A stretch of DNA of 64,000 bases. Source: Candidatus Yanofskybacteria bacterium CG10_big_fil_rev_8_21_14_0_10_36_16. Its GTDB lineage: Bacteria > Patescibacteriota > Minisyncoccia > 2-02-FULL-40-12 > IGHO2-01-FULL-4-A. This document shows positions 55,389-64,000 of the stretch, piece by piece. The notes beneath the pieces are model-generated. The model worked only from the letters and a program-made list of their open reading frames with translations, did not search any database and was not told where the DNA came from. The stretch covers positions 187,064 to 251,063 of the forward strand of contig PCXQ01000004.1 in NCBI GenBank assembly GCA_002794035.1. Reading direction: 5' to 3'. A program made the position numbers and the translations under genes. The stretch's first letter is position 1. The number at the start of each line of letters is the position of its first letter.

Positions 55389-58300
55389 TTATTTTTTAAT
55401 TCCAATCCAAACCTTTTGGTTTTCTATTTCAAATTCTTTCTCAACATCAAAAGCCTCTTCTGTCTTTTTACCCTGTTCAAGATGACTCAACACGGATGCT
55501 TCTTTTATTTCGTCTGAAAAAACACTGAAGGTGTTAACAACGGAATCACTTTCTGAATACCACACAACTCTAACCTTTTGCTCATAGTTATACCCTGCCT
55601 CCTTCCTCATGTCCTGAAAATATCTAATTATATCTCGAGCAATACCTTCGTTTTTCAATTCAGTAGTTACATTGGTGTCTAAAATCACATCATCTTCTTG
55701 AGTAGTGTTATAAATTACCTTTTTAACATTAAGCTCCTCCTTTATCAGCCCTTCGAGTTCTGAGCCAAATGGCATAAGTTTTTTGTTCATTTTAACTGAG
55801 ACACTCATTAATGGCTGACGAACCTTGATTTCTTTTTCCTTTCTTTGTGCCAAACCAAGAGCAACAACGTCTCTAAGGGCAACCATTTTTTCCTCAAGAT
55901 CATCACTTTCAAACTTTTTATGGTGGTGAGGCCAATCTTCAAGATGTACTGATTCCACATTGTCAGATATTTTTTTATAAATATGGTCTGCTATAAATGG
56001 GGTAAATGGCGCCAGCAATTTACACACCTCTATTAAAAGATGTCTGAAAAATCTTAAGTTTTCTTCAAGGATTACCTTGTCTTCAGGTTTTTGAAATCTG
56101 CCTCTAGATCTTCTCAACCACCACTTGGACAAATCATTAACAACAAAATCTTCAATTGCCCTCGCAGATGCGGTGTAATTATAGTCATCCAAATCATTAC
56201 CCACTTTTGCCTTAAGTCTGTTTAATCGAGACAGCACCCATTCGTCAAGAATATTTTGAGGAGTATTTGAAGAAGTTTTTTCTTTAAAACCGCCGTATAA
56301 TTCCAAGAATCTTAGAGTGTTAACGAGTGTAGTTAAAAAGCCATTCATGTTTTTCTTAACATCATCAAGAGAAAACAACTTTGTTTCACCGGGATTGTTT
56401 ACCGTATAGAAATACCAACGTCCCGCATCTGCTCCAAACTGCTCAATAATGTCATGGGGATCAACTGCGTTACCAAGCGACTTGGACATTTTTTTGCCCT
56501 TGTCATCAAGGACATGGGAATAGGACAATACATTTTTGTATGGAAAACCCTTATCTAACAAACTCGATACTGCAAGCAATGTATAGAACCAGCCCCTTGT
56601 TTGATCAATCCCCTCTGCAATAAAATCGGCCGGAAAATTATCCTCAAAAACTTTTTTGTTTTCAAAAGGATAGTGCCACTGAGCATAAGGCATGCTCCCC
56701 GAATCAAACCAAACATCTACAACTTCCGGAACTCTTTTCATTTGCTCTTTGCATTTAGGACATTTTATAGACACTTCGTCTACATAAGGCCTATGCAAAT
56801 CTATAGATCCCCCTTCGTTGTAGGGATAATTTTTAAACTCAAATTTTCTTAATTCACCCCTGTCTGGATAATTCTTCTTTCTGATGTCTAACATTTCTTC
56901 ATCGGACAAGTTATCAAGCGCGCTACTCAATAACCAAATTGGGTCGCCGTGGCTAACCAAAAGAAATTTCTTGCCTTCATGTTTATCGTCTAACTCTTTT
57001 ACAACTAAAAACATCCTGGCTTTTGCCTCTCTCCATGTCTCACCATCGCCATAACGCATATCTAAGGTTCTATTTATGTTTTCTGGTATGCAAGCATAGT
57101 GATTTTTACCCTCGCAAATACTGCCGTGATCAAGTTCTTTTAATCTATCGTCAGTATGTACCTGTTTTCCTAATACACTAGCAACAATGTGTGCGGAATG
57201 CTGAGTTCTCTTAAACGGAGAGGCATATATATAATCTACACCTCCTTCTTTTTTAAGTTTTTTAGCAACTTCTTCTACTTCTTTTATTCCTTCGGGTAAT
57301 AAATCATAACTATCATTCTCAAGACGTGAAGCTATTATGTCCTTGCCATCAATATTGTTTTTCTCGCTCGTACCATGACGTAAAATATAAAAAGTATTCT
57401 TTTCACGATATCTGTTTTTATCAAGATCTTCCAAAGAACTAATTACTTTATGTTCCTCGCATTTACCACATTCCCAAACAGGCAAAGGTGTTCCCCAAAA
57501 TCTCTCTCTAGAAAAAGCCCAGTCCTTTACATCACGCAAAAACTCACCAAATCTACCCTCTTTCAAATTTTCGGGAACCCAATTAATTTTATTATTGTTC
57601 TTTAAAAGATTATCCCTAATCTTGGACATTGCTACAAACCATGAATCCTTGGCATAGTAAATCAAAGGACTCTTGCACCTCCAACAGAAAGGATATGAGT
57701 GTTCATAATTCTTCACATCATACAGGAATCCTTTTTTATCTAAATAATTTATTATTTCTTTATCGGCATCTTTTACATATTTTCCTTCAAAACCCTTAAC
57801 ATCCTCTGTAAAAAGACCTTGCTCGTTAACAGTGTGGTGCATAGGCAATCCGATATTTTTACCAAGCTGATAATCATCCTCTCCGTACATTACTGCTGTA
57901 TGTACAACGCCTGTACCTTCTTGAGTTGTGACAAAGTCAGCTCCATAAACCTTGTATGACTTTTCCGATTCTAGAGATTTAATGTCAAAAAGAGGTTCAT
58001 ATTCAATGCCTACGAGATCTTTGCCTGTAAATTCAGCAACCACATCAAGAGGTTTATCTTTTTTGACATTAACAACAGCATCTTCAGCAACAATTAAATA
58101 CTCAGGGCCATTTTTAACCAAAAGATATTTAATCTTCTCCCCCACTGCCAATGCAACGTTGCCGGGCAATGTCCATGGAGTAGTAGTCCATGCCAATATA
58201 TAACTGTTGTCCTTTAAATTATGGCTATCAGGATTTTTAATTTTAAATTTTACAAAAACTGATGGCTCTGAAACATCCTTATACCCTTGAGCCACTTCGT

Positions 58301-58862
58301 GACTGGACAATGCCGTACCACACCTCGGACACCACGGTAAAATCTTATGCCCTTTATACAAAAGGCCTTTTTTGTTTATCTGACCCATCACCCACCAAAG
58401 AGACTCCATATATTTCCAGTCATAAGTAACATAAGGGTCGTCTAAATCAATCCAGAAACCAATTCTATCAGTAAATTTTTCCCAAAGATCTTTATACTTC
58501 CATACGCTCTTTTTAGCCATTGCGTTAAATTTGCCAACACCATATTTTTCAACTTCGGTTTTATCTTTTAGACCTAGCTCCTTTTCAACCTCTATTTCAA
58601 CAGGTAGCCCATGCGTATCCCAACCGCCCTTTCTTAAAGCATAAAATCCCCGCATTGTTTTGTAGCGGTTAAAAAGATCTTTTACTACCCGGCCAAAAAA
58701 GTGATGCATGCCAGGCTTACCATTTGCAGTGGGAGGACCTTCAAAAAATACAAACTTCTTCCCCTTTTTTCTGTTATTAAGGGAACGTTCGAAAATCTTT
58801 CTTTCTTTCCAGAATTTAAGAATTTTTTCTTCAATTTTTGGGAAAATGTTTTCTTTAATCAT
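55389..58862 (-). CDS. ileS: Isoleucyl-tRNA synthetase (type 2) carrying an inserted histidine-phosphatase-superfamily domain
   Basis: PPTANGKPGMHH (HIGH-like), YPFCWRCKSP, WFDSGSMPY, KMSKSLGN. Between WGTPLPVWECGKCEE and DLHRPYVDEV lies a ~165-aa module with RHG (FYILRHGTSEKN) and SHG (LLVSHGDP) motifs. Confidence 0.85.
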   Translation of the reverse strand: MIKENIFPKIEEKILKFWKERKIFERSLNNRKKGKKFVFFEGPPTANGKPGMHHFFGRVVKDLFNRYKTMRGFYALRKGGWDTHGLPVEIEVEKELGLKDKTEVEKYGVGKFNAMAKKSVWKYKDLWEKFTDRIGFWIDLDDPYVTYDWKYMESLWWVMGQINKKGLLYKGHKILPWCPRCGTALSSHEVAQGYKDVSEPSVFVKFKIKNPDSHNLKDNSYILAWTTTPWTLPGNVALAVGEKIKYLLVKNGPEYLIVAEDAVVNVKKDKPLDVVAEFTGKDLVGIEYEPLFDIKSLESEKSYKVYGADFVTTQEGTGVVHTAVMYGEDDYQLGKNIGLPMHHTVNEQGLFTEDVKGFEGKYVKDADKEIINYLDKKGFLYDVKNYEHSYPFCWRCKSPLIYYAKDSWFVAMSKIRDNLLKNNNKINWVPENLKEGRFGEFLRDVKDWAFSRERFWGTPLPVWECGKCEEHKVISSLEDLDKNRYREKNTFYILRHGTSEKNNIDGKDIIASRLENDSYDLLPEGIKEVEEVAKKLKKEGGVDYIYASPFKRTQHSAHIVASVLGKQVHTDDRLKELDHGSICEGKNHYACIPENINRTLDMRYGDGETWREAKARMFLVVKELDDKHEGKKFLLVSHGDPIWLLSSALDNLSDEEMLDIRKKNYPDRGELRKFEFKNYPYNEGGSIDLHRPYVDEVSIKCPKCKEQMKRVPEVVDVWFDSGSMPYAQWHYPFENKKVFEDNFPADFIAEGIDQTRGWFYTLLAVSSLLDKGFPYKNVLSYSHVLDDKGKKMSKSLGNAVDPHDIIEQFGADAGRWYFYTVNNPGETKLFSLDDVKKNMNGFLTTLVNTLRFLELYGGFKEKTSSNTPQNILDEWVLSRLNRLKAKVGNDLDDYNYTASARAIEDFVVNDLSKWWLRRSRGRFQKPEDKVILEENLRFFRHLLIEVCKLLAPFTPFIADHIYKKISDNVESVHLEDWPHHHKKFESDDLEEKMVALRDVVALGLAQRKEKEIKVRQPLMSVSVKMNKKLMPFGSELEGLIKEELNVKKVIYNTTQEDDVILDTNVTTELKNEGIARDIIRYFQDMRKEAGYNYEQKVRVVWYSESDSVVNTFSVFSDEIKEASVLSHLEQGKKTEEAFDVEKEFEIENQKVWIGIKK

Positions 58863-58914
58863 TGATTATATGTAATAACTCAATTTAATTATAATATATC
58901 AAATTTTAACAATA

Positions 58915-58940
58915 ATAAAACCCCGTTGAATACGGGGCTA
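58915..58940 (-). terminator. Intrinsic terminator (CCCCGT-ATTCAA-CGGGG + U-run on the minus strand)
   Basis: Hairpin immediately 3' of the stop of the 58938..59591 gene. Confidence 0.6.
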
Positions 58941-59591
58941 TTTTTCTATTTCCCTATCTTGAGATACTTCACTTAATATTCGTTCTGCCTCTTCTACCGC
59001 TAACCAACTATAAATTTTGTTTTCAACTTTAAAAACCAACCTAACCAACAAAACAACAACCATAAACGAAAAGGATATCTGACTGGCCCAACCCCAAAAT
59101 AAATCAGGGAATATATTACTATGCATTGCATTGTGAAATATTTCCAACTGAGACAGAATGTAAAAATCCATTCCTAAGATTCTTTTTAGTACCATAAAAA
59201 CATCAGGCAAAATGTTAAAAAATACACCCAATGAAGCAAGAAAAAATGGACTGGCTAATTTAAGATTATCAGCAACTTCAATTTTTGAAACATTAACAGA
59301 CACAACGACCCTCAAAAAATGCATCAAGGGTTCTCTAAAAACAAAAAGTATTATACACGAACCAATCATCATATCAATCAAGAGATAAACTGAGCTTAAA
59401 AATAAAAATTCTGATTTAATAGCATAATCTTTGTGCGGAATTGCATCCAACAAAAAATGACAGAAAAAAGAAACTGAACAAACAACAAAAACCATAAGCA
59501 ACTTTTTGTTCATCCATTTCCTGCCAATAAATATTTTCTTGACCAAAACTGCTATCAAAGAACCAGCCAACATATGGGGCGATGCAACCAA
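58938..59591 (-). CDS. Hypothetical multi-TM membrane protein
   Basis: 217 aa, ~6 TM. Confidence 0.35.
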   Translation of the reverse strand: MVASPHMLAGSLIAVLVKKIFIGRKWMNKKLLMVFVVCSVSFFCHFLLDAIPHKDYAIKSEFLFLSSVYLLIDMMIGSCIILFVFREPLMHFLRVVVSVNVSKIEVADNLKLASPFFLASLGVFFNILPDVFMVLKRILGMDFYILSQLEIFHNAMHSNIFPDLFWGWASQISFSFMVVVLLVRLVFKVENKIYSWLAVEEAERILSEVSQDREIEK

Positions 59592-59661
59592 ACCAACCTC
59601 CTAAATTATTATTTAAAGTACCGTTTTCAATAATAAGGAATAAAAAAAATTATGGCAACTA

Positions 59662-59688
59662 AAAAACTCCGCCTTAGCGGAGTTTTTT
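59662..59688. terminator. Bidirectional intrinsic terminator (AAAAAACTCCGCC-TTA-GCGGAGTTTTTT)
   Basis: Perfect hairpin with A/T runs, 3' of argS. Confidence 0.7.
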
Positions 59689-59716
59689 AAAAATAAAATC
59701 CGTGTTTACAATATGG

Positions 59717-61420
59717 CTACATTTCCTCAGGAGCTTCTATACCCAAAAGCCCAAGACCATTTTTGATAATTTGAGATACTGCCATTATTAAGCCCAACCG
59801 CAAAGCACGCTTTGTCTCATCAGGCTCATTTAAAACAGGGGCAGCTTCGTAAAAAGAGTTAAACTTTGAAGCTAAGTTGTACAAATATTCACAAAGTTGA
59901 TTTGGATAATGGTTTTTAGCGACATCAGACACAACTTCAGGAAATCTCACCAAATAACGCAAAAGCGGTTTTTCCTCATCACCCACAGAATCAACAAAAT
60001 CAGAATCATCGCTTAACTCATTAGATGAATTATCTGCTTTGCGAAGAATACTTTTTATACGAGCATGGGTATACTGCAAATACGGACCAGTATTGCCTTC
60101 AAAATTCAAAACCTTATCCCACTCAAAAACAATATCGCTGTGTCTGTTGTGAGATAAATCAAAATATTTAACTGCTCCAATCGCAACCTTCTTTGCTACT
60201 TGTTCTTTGTTTTCTAAATCCTGATTCTTTTCCTCTATAATTTTAAGAGCTAATTCATTTGCCTTATCCATAAGCACCTCAGGGCTGACATCTGTCCCCT
60301 TTCTTGTACTCATGGCTCCTTCTGCTAATTTTAATATACCGTAACTTATATGTTCCCCCTCGCCATTGCTTTTAATATGTCCCATCAAATCAAGAACCTT
60401 AAACAGCTGTCTGAAAATATGTTCCTGCCTATTGTCTACAACAAACAACTGGCGCGAGAAGCCCTGCTTTTTCTTAAAAATAAATCCGGCAATATCCCGC
60501 AAAAGATACATAGTAGCACCATCTGATTTAACGAGTAAGGCAACACCTAGCCCATATTCCTCAAGATCAACAATCTTTGCTCCTTCTGATTCCTTAAGTA
60601 ATCCCTTTTCTTCAAGCTCATCAAGGACTGCCGGCATCTTGTCTTCATAAAAACTTTCCGGCCAGTTGTGATCAGATTTTCTTATATTTAATAATTCATA
60701 AGTTTTCTCAAATTCCTGCCAGCTTAATTTTGCAAATTTTTCCCAAAGTTTTTTATTTTCCTCATCACCCTTTTCTAATGCAGCAAACTCTGCCTTTCCT
60801 TTCTCTCTAATATCAGGGTCATGTTTAGCTTTTTCATTTATATCAATATAAAGCTTATTTAATTCCTCTATTGGATTTTCTTCTACAACCTTTTCATCAC
60901 CAAAATTTTTATAAGCATACAGTAAAAGCCCAAACTGAGTTCCCCAATCACCTATGTGACTGTCTGATTCAATGTTATAACCGGAAAATTTTAATATTCG
61001 ATAAAGAGCATCACCTATGATGGCTGTTCGCAAATGGCCAAGGTGAATAGGCTTTGCAATATTAGGCTGGAAATATTCTATTAATATTTTATCCTTTTTG
61101 TCATCTCCCCTGCCGAATTCTTCCTTTTGTTTTAAAATCTCTTTGGCGTTTTTTAACAGTACATTTTTGGAATAATAAAAATTTATAAATCCAGGTGCAG
61201 CAAATTCAATTTTTGAAAAAGCTTTTTTAATATCACCGTCATCCTTTAATTTTTTTATGATTAGTTCTGCTTCGTCTTTTGGATTTGAATTATTTTGTTT
61301 AGCAACAACAAAAGAAACGTTACATGCTAAATCACCCCTGTCTTCCAGTGGATATGATATGTCAAAATTACTAATATTCGTAATTTTTTCTATTATTTCA
61401 TGCAGTGTGGCTTTGGTCAT
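59717..61420 (-). CDS. argS: Arginyl-tRNA synthetase
   Basis: HIGH region NIAKPIHLGHLRTAIIGDAL, ArgRS N-terminal add-1 domain, DALR anticodon-binding C-terminus. Confidence 0.9.
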   Translation of the reverse strand: MTKATLHEIIEKITNISNFDISYPLEDRGDLACNVSFVVAKQNNSNPKDEAELIIKKLKDDGDIKKAFSKIEFAAPGFINFYYSKNVLLKNAKEILKQKEEFGRGDDKKDKILIEYFQPNIAKPIHLGHLRTAIIGDALYRILKFSGYNIESDSHIGDWGTQFGLLLYAYKNFGDEKVVEENPIEELNKLYIDINEKAKHDPDIREKGKAEFAALEKGDEENKKLWEKFAKLSWQEFEKTYELLNIRKSDHNWPESFYEDKMPAVLDELEEKGLLKESEGAKIVDLEEYGLGVALLVKSDGATMYLLRDIAGFIFKKKQGFSRQLFVVDNRQEHIFRQLFKVLDLMGHIKSNGEGEHISYGILKLAEGAMSTRKGTDVSPEVLMDKANELALKIIEEKNQDLENKEQVAKKVAIGAVKYFDLSHNRHSDIVFEWDKVLNFEGNTGPYLQYTHARIKSILRKADNSSNELSDDSDFVDSVGDEEKPLLRYLVRFPEVVSDVAKNHYPNQLCEYLYNLASKFNSFYEAAPVLNEPDETKRALRLGLIMAVSQIIKNGLGLLGIEAPEEM

Positions 61421-61563
61421 AATTTTATGAACTTAAATCTACTAATATTATTCTAACATTTTTAACAAGATTTTGGCATATTTTACTTTTTAGTCAACAA
61501 TGACTTAGCTTAATTAAATTATATAATTTGTTATAAGTTGTTCTTTTACAAGGAGAAAGAAAT

Positions 61564-62265
61564 ATGACAAAAATCATTTTTTTGTTTTTAATTTTTACTT
61601 TACCTAGTTTTTCTGCTGATTTAAAAAAAGAAACAATGGTGGCAGCCCTAACCTTTGATGACGGGCCCAACCCTGAGTTTCTGAAAAATGCCCTGCCTTA
61701 TCTAGAAAAGGAAAACGTAAAAGCAACTTTCTTTGTTATCGGTTTTAAAGCAAAAAAATACCCAGATTTTATTGATAAAATGTTCAAATCTGGCCATGAA
61801 ATAGCCAACCACTCCATGAACCATGTTTGCCTTGTAAGGCCAAGTCCCAAATGGAGCGGATGCCCCGACCTTTCAGAGGAAAAAGCAATAAAAGAGGTCA
61901 ACGATGCATCTCTTGCTATTCAAAAAATCACCGGTAAAAAACCAAGCTTTTTAAGACCGCCTCATTTTGCCATGACCCCAAGTCGAAAAAATGCAATTGA
62001 GGAATCTTTGGGCATCAAAGTTCTTATACACGGTTCTAATTCAGTGGGTTCTCTTGATTGGAGCTTTAATGATAAGAATAAAATATTTAACCAAGTCAAA
62101 AAAACCATTACGGAAAGGAATTTCAAACCTGTTGTAATAGTTTTTCATGAAAGAAACGTAACCCTTGAAGCATTACCTGAAATTATAAAATTTATGAGAG
62201 AGGCTGGATACAAATTTGTAACGCTTGAGGAATTTGTAAAAATAGCACCTAAGGCCAATATTTAG
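61564..62265 (+). CDS. Polysaccharide deacetylase (CE4/NodB homology), secreted
   Basis: Signal peptide. TFDDGPNPEF..., HEIANHSMNH, LRPPHF NodB motifs. Confidence 0.8.
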   Translation: MTKIIFLFLIFTLPSFSADLKKETMVAALTFDDGPNPEFLKNALPYLEKENVKATFFVIGFKAKKYPDFIDKMFKSGHEIANHSMNHVCLVRPSPKWSGCPDLSEEKAIKEVNDASLAIQKITGKKPSFLRPPHFAMTPSRKNAIEESLGIKVLIHGSNSVGSLDWSFNDKNKIFNQVKKTITERNFKPVVIVFHERNVTLEALPEIIKFMREAGYKFVTLEEFVKIAPKANI

Positions 62266-62279
62266 AAAAGGAGGAAGAA

Positions 62280-63236
62280 ATGACAACGAAATGCACAGCA
62301 CTGATTATAGCTACTTTGTTCTGTTTACCCTTAATGGGCGAAGAGCATGATCCCAATCCCCCATCTATAGTAAAAGCAGTATATTTAACGGTAACTTCTG
62401 TATCAAATTCTGATAAACTATCGGGGATTTTAAAAAATTTAGAAGGCACAGAAATAAATGCTCTTATAATAGACATACGCTCTAACGGCCAGAATGTTCT
62501 TTTTATGGAAAACGAAAAAGTAAAAAATATATTAAACCATTTACACTCAAAGGGATTTTATCTTATAGCTCGCATAGTGGTCTTCAATGCAGGCAAAAGC
62601 TGGTATGATCCGGGGAACAAAAACAGATGGCGAGTTGTGGCCGACTCCTCTCTTCTCGCTTTATCTCTTGGATTTGATGAAATAAATTACGATTATGTCA
62701 GATATGGTTCGGTAAATGAACCCAAAAGCAATACTCCAGTTTCAGAACGAAGAGGAGTTATAAAAAGCTTTTTTGAATTTTTAAGAGAAGAAGTCGGAAA
62801 CAAAACCGGCAAACCTATTTCAGTTGATATTTTTGGAATTACCTTCCTTAAACCTTCCAATACAATCGGCCAAGCACTTGAGGATGCCGCTGAAAACTTT
62901 GATTATGTAATGCCAATGCCCTACCCCTCGCACTGGTCTCAAGGAAGTTTCGGTTTTGAAAATCCAGCTCACCACCCATATGACGTAGTTTATAAATCAT
63001 TAATATCCGGCTGGAACAAAACAAAAGACAACCCTGCCACAAGAGCAAAACTAAGAACTTGGGTTCAAGCTTTTAATTTGGATTCTCATTACAGATACTA
63101 TAAATATTCAGAAGAGCACATAAGAGCACAAATAAATGCCTGTTATGATGCCGGATGCGTCGGCTGGGCCTTGTGGAACCCAAACAATAGATATGACCGA
63201 GAATCTTTAATACCAAAAGAAAGGAGGTCACCATGA
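62280..63236 (+). CDS. Secreted hypothetical protein, possibly a glycoside-hydrolase-like TIM barrel
   Basis: Signal peptide. Size and alternating beta/alpha-like pattern. Genomic pairing with the CE4 deacetylase. Confidence 0.3.
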   Translation: MTTKCTALIIATLFCLPLMGEEHDPNPPSIVKAVYLTVTSVSNSDKLSGILKNLEGTEINALIIDIRSNGQNVLFMENEKVKNILNHLHSKGFYLIARIVVFNAGKSWYDPGNKNRWRVVADSSLLALSLGFDEINYDYVRYGSVNEPKSNTPVSERRGVIKSFFEFLREEVGNKTGKPISVDIFGITFLKPSNTIGQALEDAAENFDYVMPMPYPSHWSQGSFGFENPAHHPYDVVYKSLISGWNKTKDNPATRAKLRTWVQAFNLDSHYRYYKYSEEHIRAQINACYDAGCVGWALWNPNNRYDRESLIPKERRSP

Positions 63237-64000
63237 TTTTGCTTGCCAGAAATCTTTTGTTAATTTTATTTTTTACAGTTTTAGCCACAGGAGCAGATTT
63301 AGAAGCCTCGCCAAAAAACAGATGCAGGGTTAGTTTCCCAAGCGACAGCTCTATCGACTGGTTTTGCTACCAAATTAAACAAAACGAGACAGCCGAAAGC
63401 TTATTCGGTAAACACTGGGAGAACGTTCTTAGGTTTAATAGAATAGACCGAAACCATTTAAGACCGGGTAAATACATAAAAGTTCCAAATGATTTAAAAA
63501 GCGTTGTTGATTTTAATCCCATGCCGTTGAAGCTGGATAGAGCAAAGGATTACAGAAAATATGTGTTAATAGACTTAAGTGAACAGTTTTTAGGGGCTTA
63601 TGATTACGGTGAGCTTACGTTATCACTTCCTGTTGCAACCGGTACTCCAGGCCATGGCACGCCAAAAGGCTTATTTAAAGTTTGGGGCCGAGAAAGATGG
63701 CACCGATCAACCAAATACACGATATCAGGCACAGGCATTTTATACCCCATGTACTGGGGCATTTGGTTCCACACATCGAAAAACTGGGTTAGATTTTGGA
63801 TTCACAGCAGAGACATGCCCGGACAACCAGCATCGCATGGATGCGTGGGTTTATATGACGAAGAAATGCAAAAGAAATTTTATAAAAGACCAGATAGTCC
63901 GGAATTAATGGATTCAAAAAAATTATACTTATGGCTATTCCCCGATGGCTTAAAAGATGATGTTCCCGGCAGTAAATTAACAGAATATCCTGAGGGCTTA
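63233..64000 (+). CDS. LysM-domain L,D-transpeptidase (YkuD family), 3' end outside the window
   Basis: ATG at 63233 overlaps the upstream TGA (ATGA), with AAAGGAGG upstream. Signal peptide, LysM-like SIDWFCYQIKQNETAESLFGKHWENVLRF, YkuD core ...HTSKNWVRFWIHSRDMPGQPASHGCVGLYDEEM. Frame 2 is open to the window end. Confidence 0.75.
   Translation, partial: MILLARNLLLILFFTVLATGADLEASPKNRCRVSFPSDSSIDWFCYQIKQNETAESLFGKHWENVLRFNRIDRNHLRPGKYIKVPNDLKSVVDFNPMPLKLDRAKDYRKYVLIDLSEQFLGAYDYGELTLSLPVATGTPGHGTPKGLFKVWGRERWHRSTKYTISGTGILYPMYWGIWFHTSKNWVRFWIHSRDMPGQPASHGCVGLYDEEMQKKFYKRPDSPELMDSKKLYLWLFPDGLKDDVPGSKLTEYPEGL

Noticed and set aside
1-64000. CRISPR arrays, rRNA genes, transposases and integrases
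   Set aside because: No regularly spaced direct repeats, no rRNA-like conserved blocks, and no DDE/tyrosine-recombinase-like ORFs were recognised anywhere in the window.

Overview
The window reads as an AT-rich (about one-third GC by eye) bacterial chromosome segment. Its gene content looks like a reduced-genome, Patescibacteria/CPR-like organism; that lineage call is inference. Many of the CDS calls carry confidence of 0.5 or below. Core genes present: RNase J, TrpRS, L32, NusB, RNase III, RpoD, DnaG, GlyRS, IleRS, ArgRS, MsrA, a cyclophilin, and a complete archaeal-type A/V-ATPase operon on the minus strand (atpH-I-K-E-C-F-A-B-D, 9.4-18.2 kb). An intact tRNA-Leu sits at 429-515 (+) and an intact tRNA-Asn at 34558-34632 (-). 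Both are surrounded by scrambled tRNA-derived fragments. The best candidate for a previously undescribed system is a ~2.5 kb island bounded by tRNA-Asn and a partial direct copy of the tRNA-Asn 3' end at ~32.08 kb. It has no integrase. It carries a DsrE-like protein, a DUF2061-like membrane protein and a Met-rich SHOCT membrane protein, flanked by ~110-nt internal direct repeats. A GIY-YIG (YhbQ-type) nuclease gene abuts the tRNA. Other notable points: (a) a single ~660-bp high-GC (~58-60% by eye) gene with its own GC-rich terminator sits in AT-rich DNA at 42.3-43.05 kb, suggesting recent HGT or a chimeric contig; (b) IleRS carries a ~165-aa histidine-phosphatase (RHG...SHG) domain in its connective-peptide region; (c) a split IcmF-like B12 acyl-CoA mutase (substrate barrel, then B12-binding+MeaB GTPase) has overlapping stop/start and lies near a fused E1 alpha-beta 2-oxoacid dehydrogenase; (d) there is an orphan EctC-like cupin; (e) several long structured intergenic regions (27.54-27.89 kb, 29.04-29.28 kb, 43.24-43.42 kb, the trpS leader) could be riboswitches or sRNAs that I could not class; (f) a perfect 11-3-11 palindrome lies on a start codon. 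No CRISPR array, rRNA, transposase or integrase was found.
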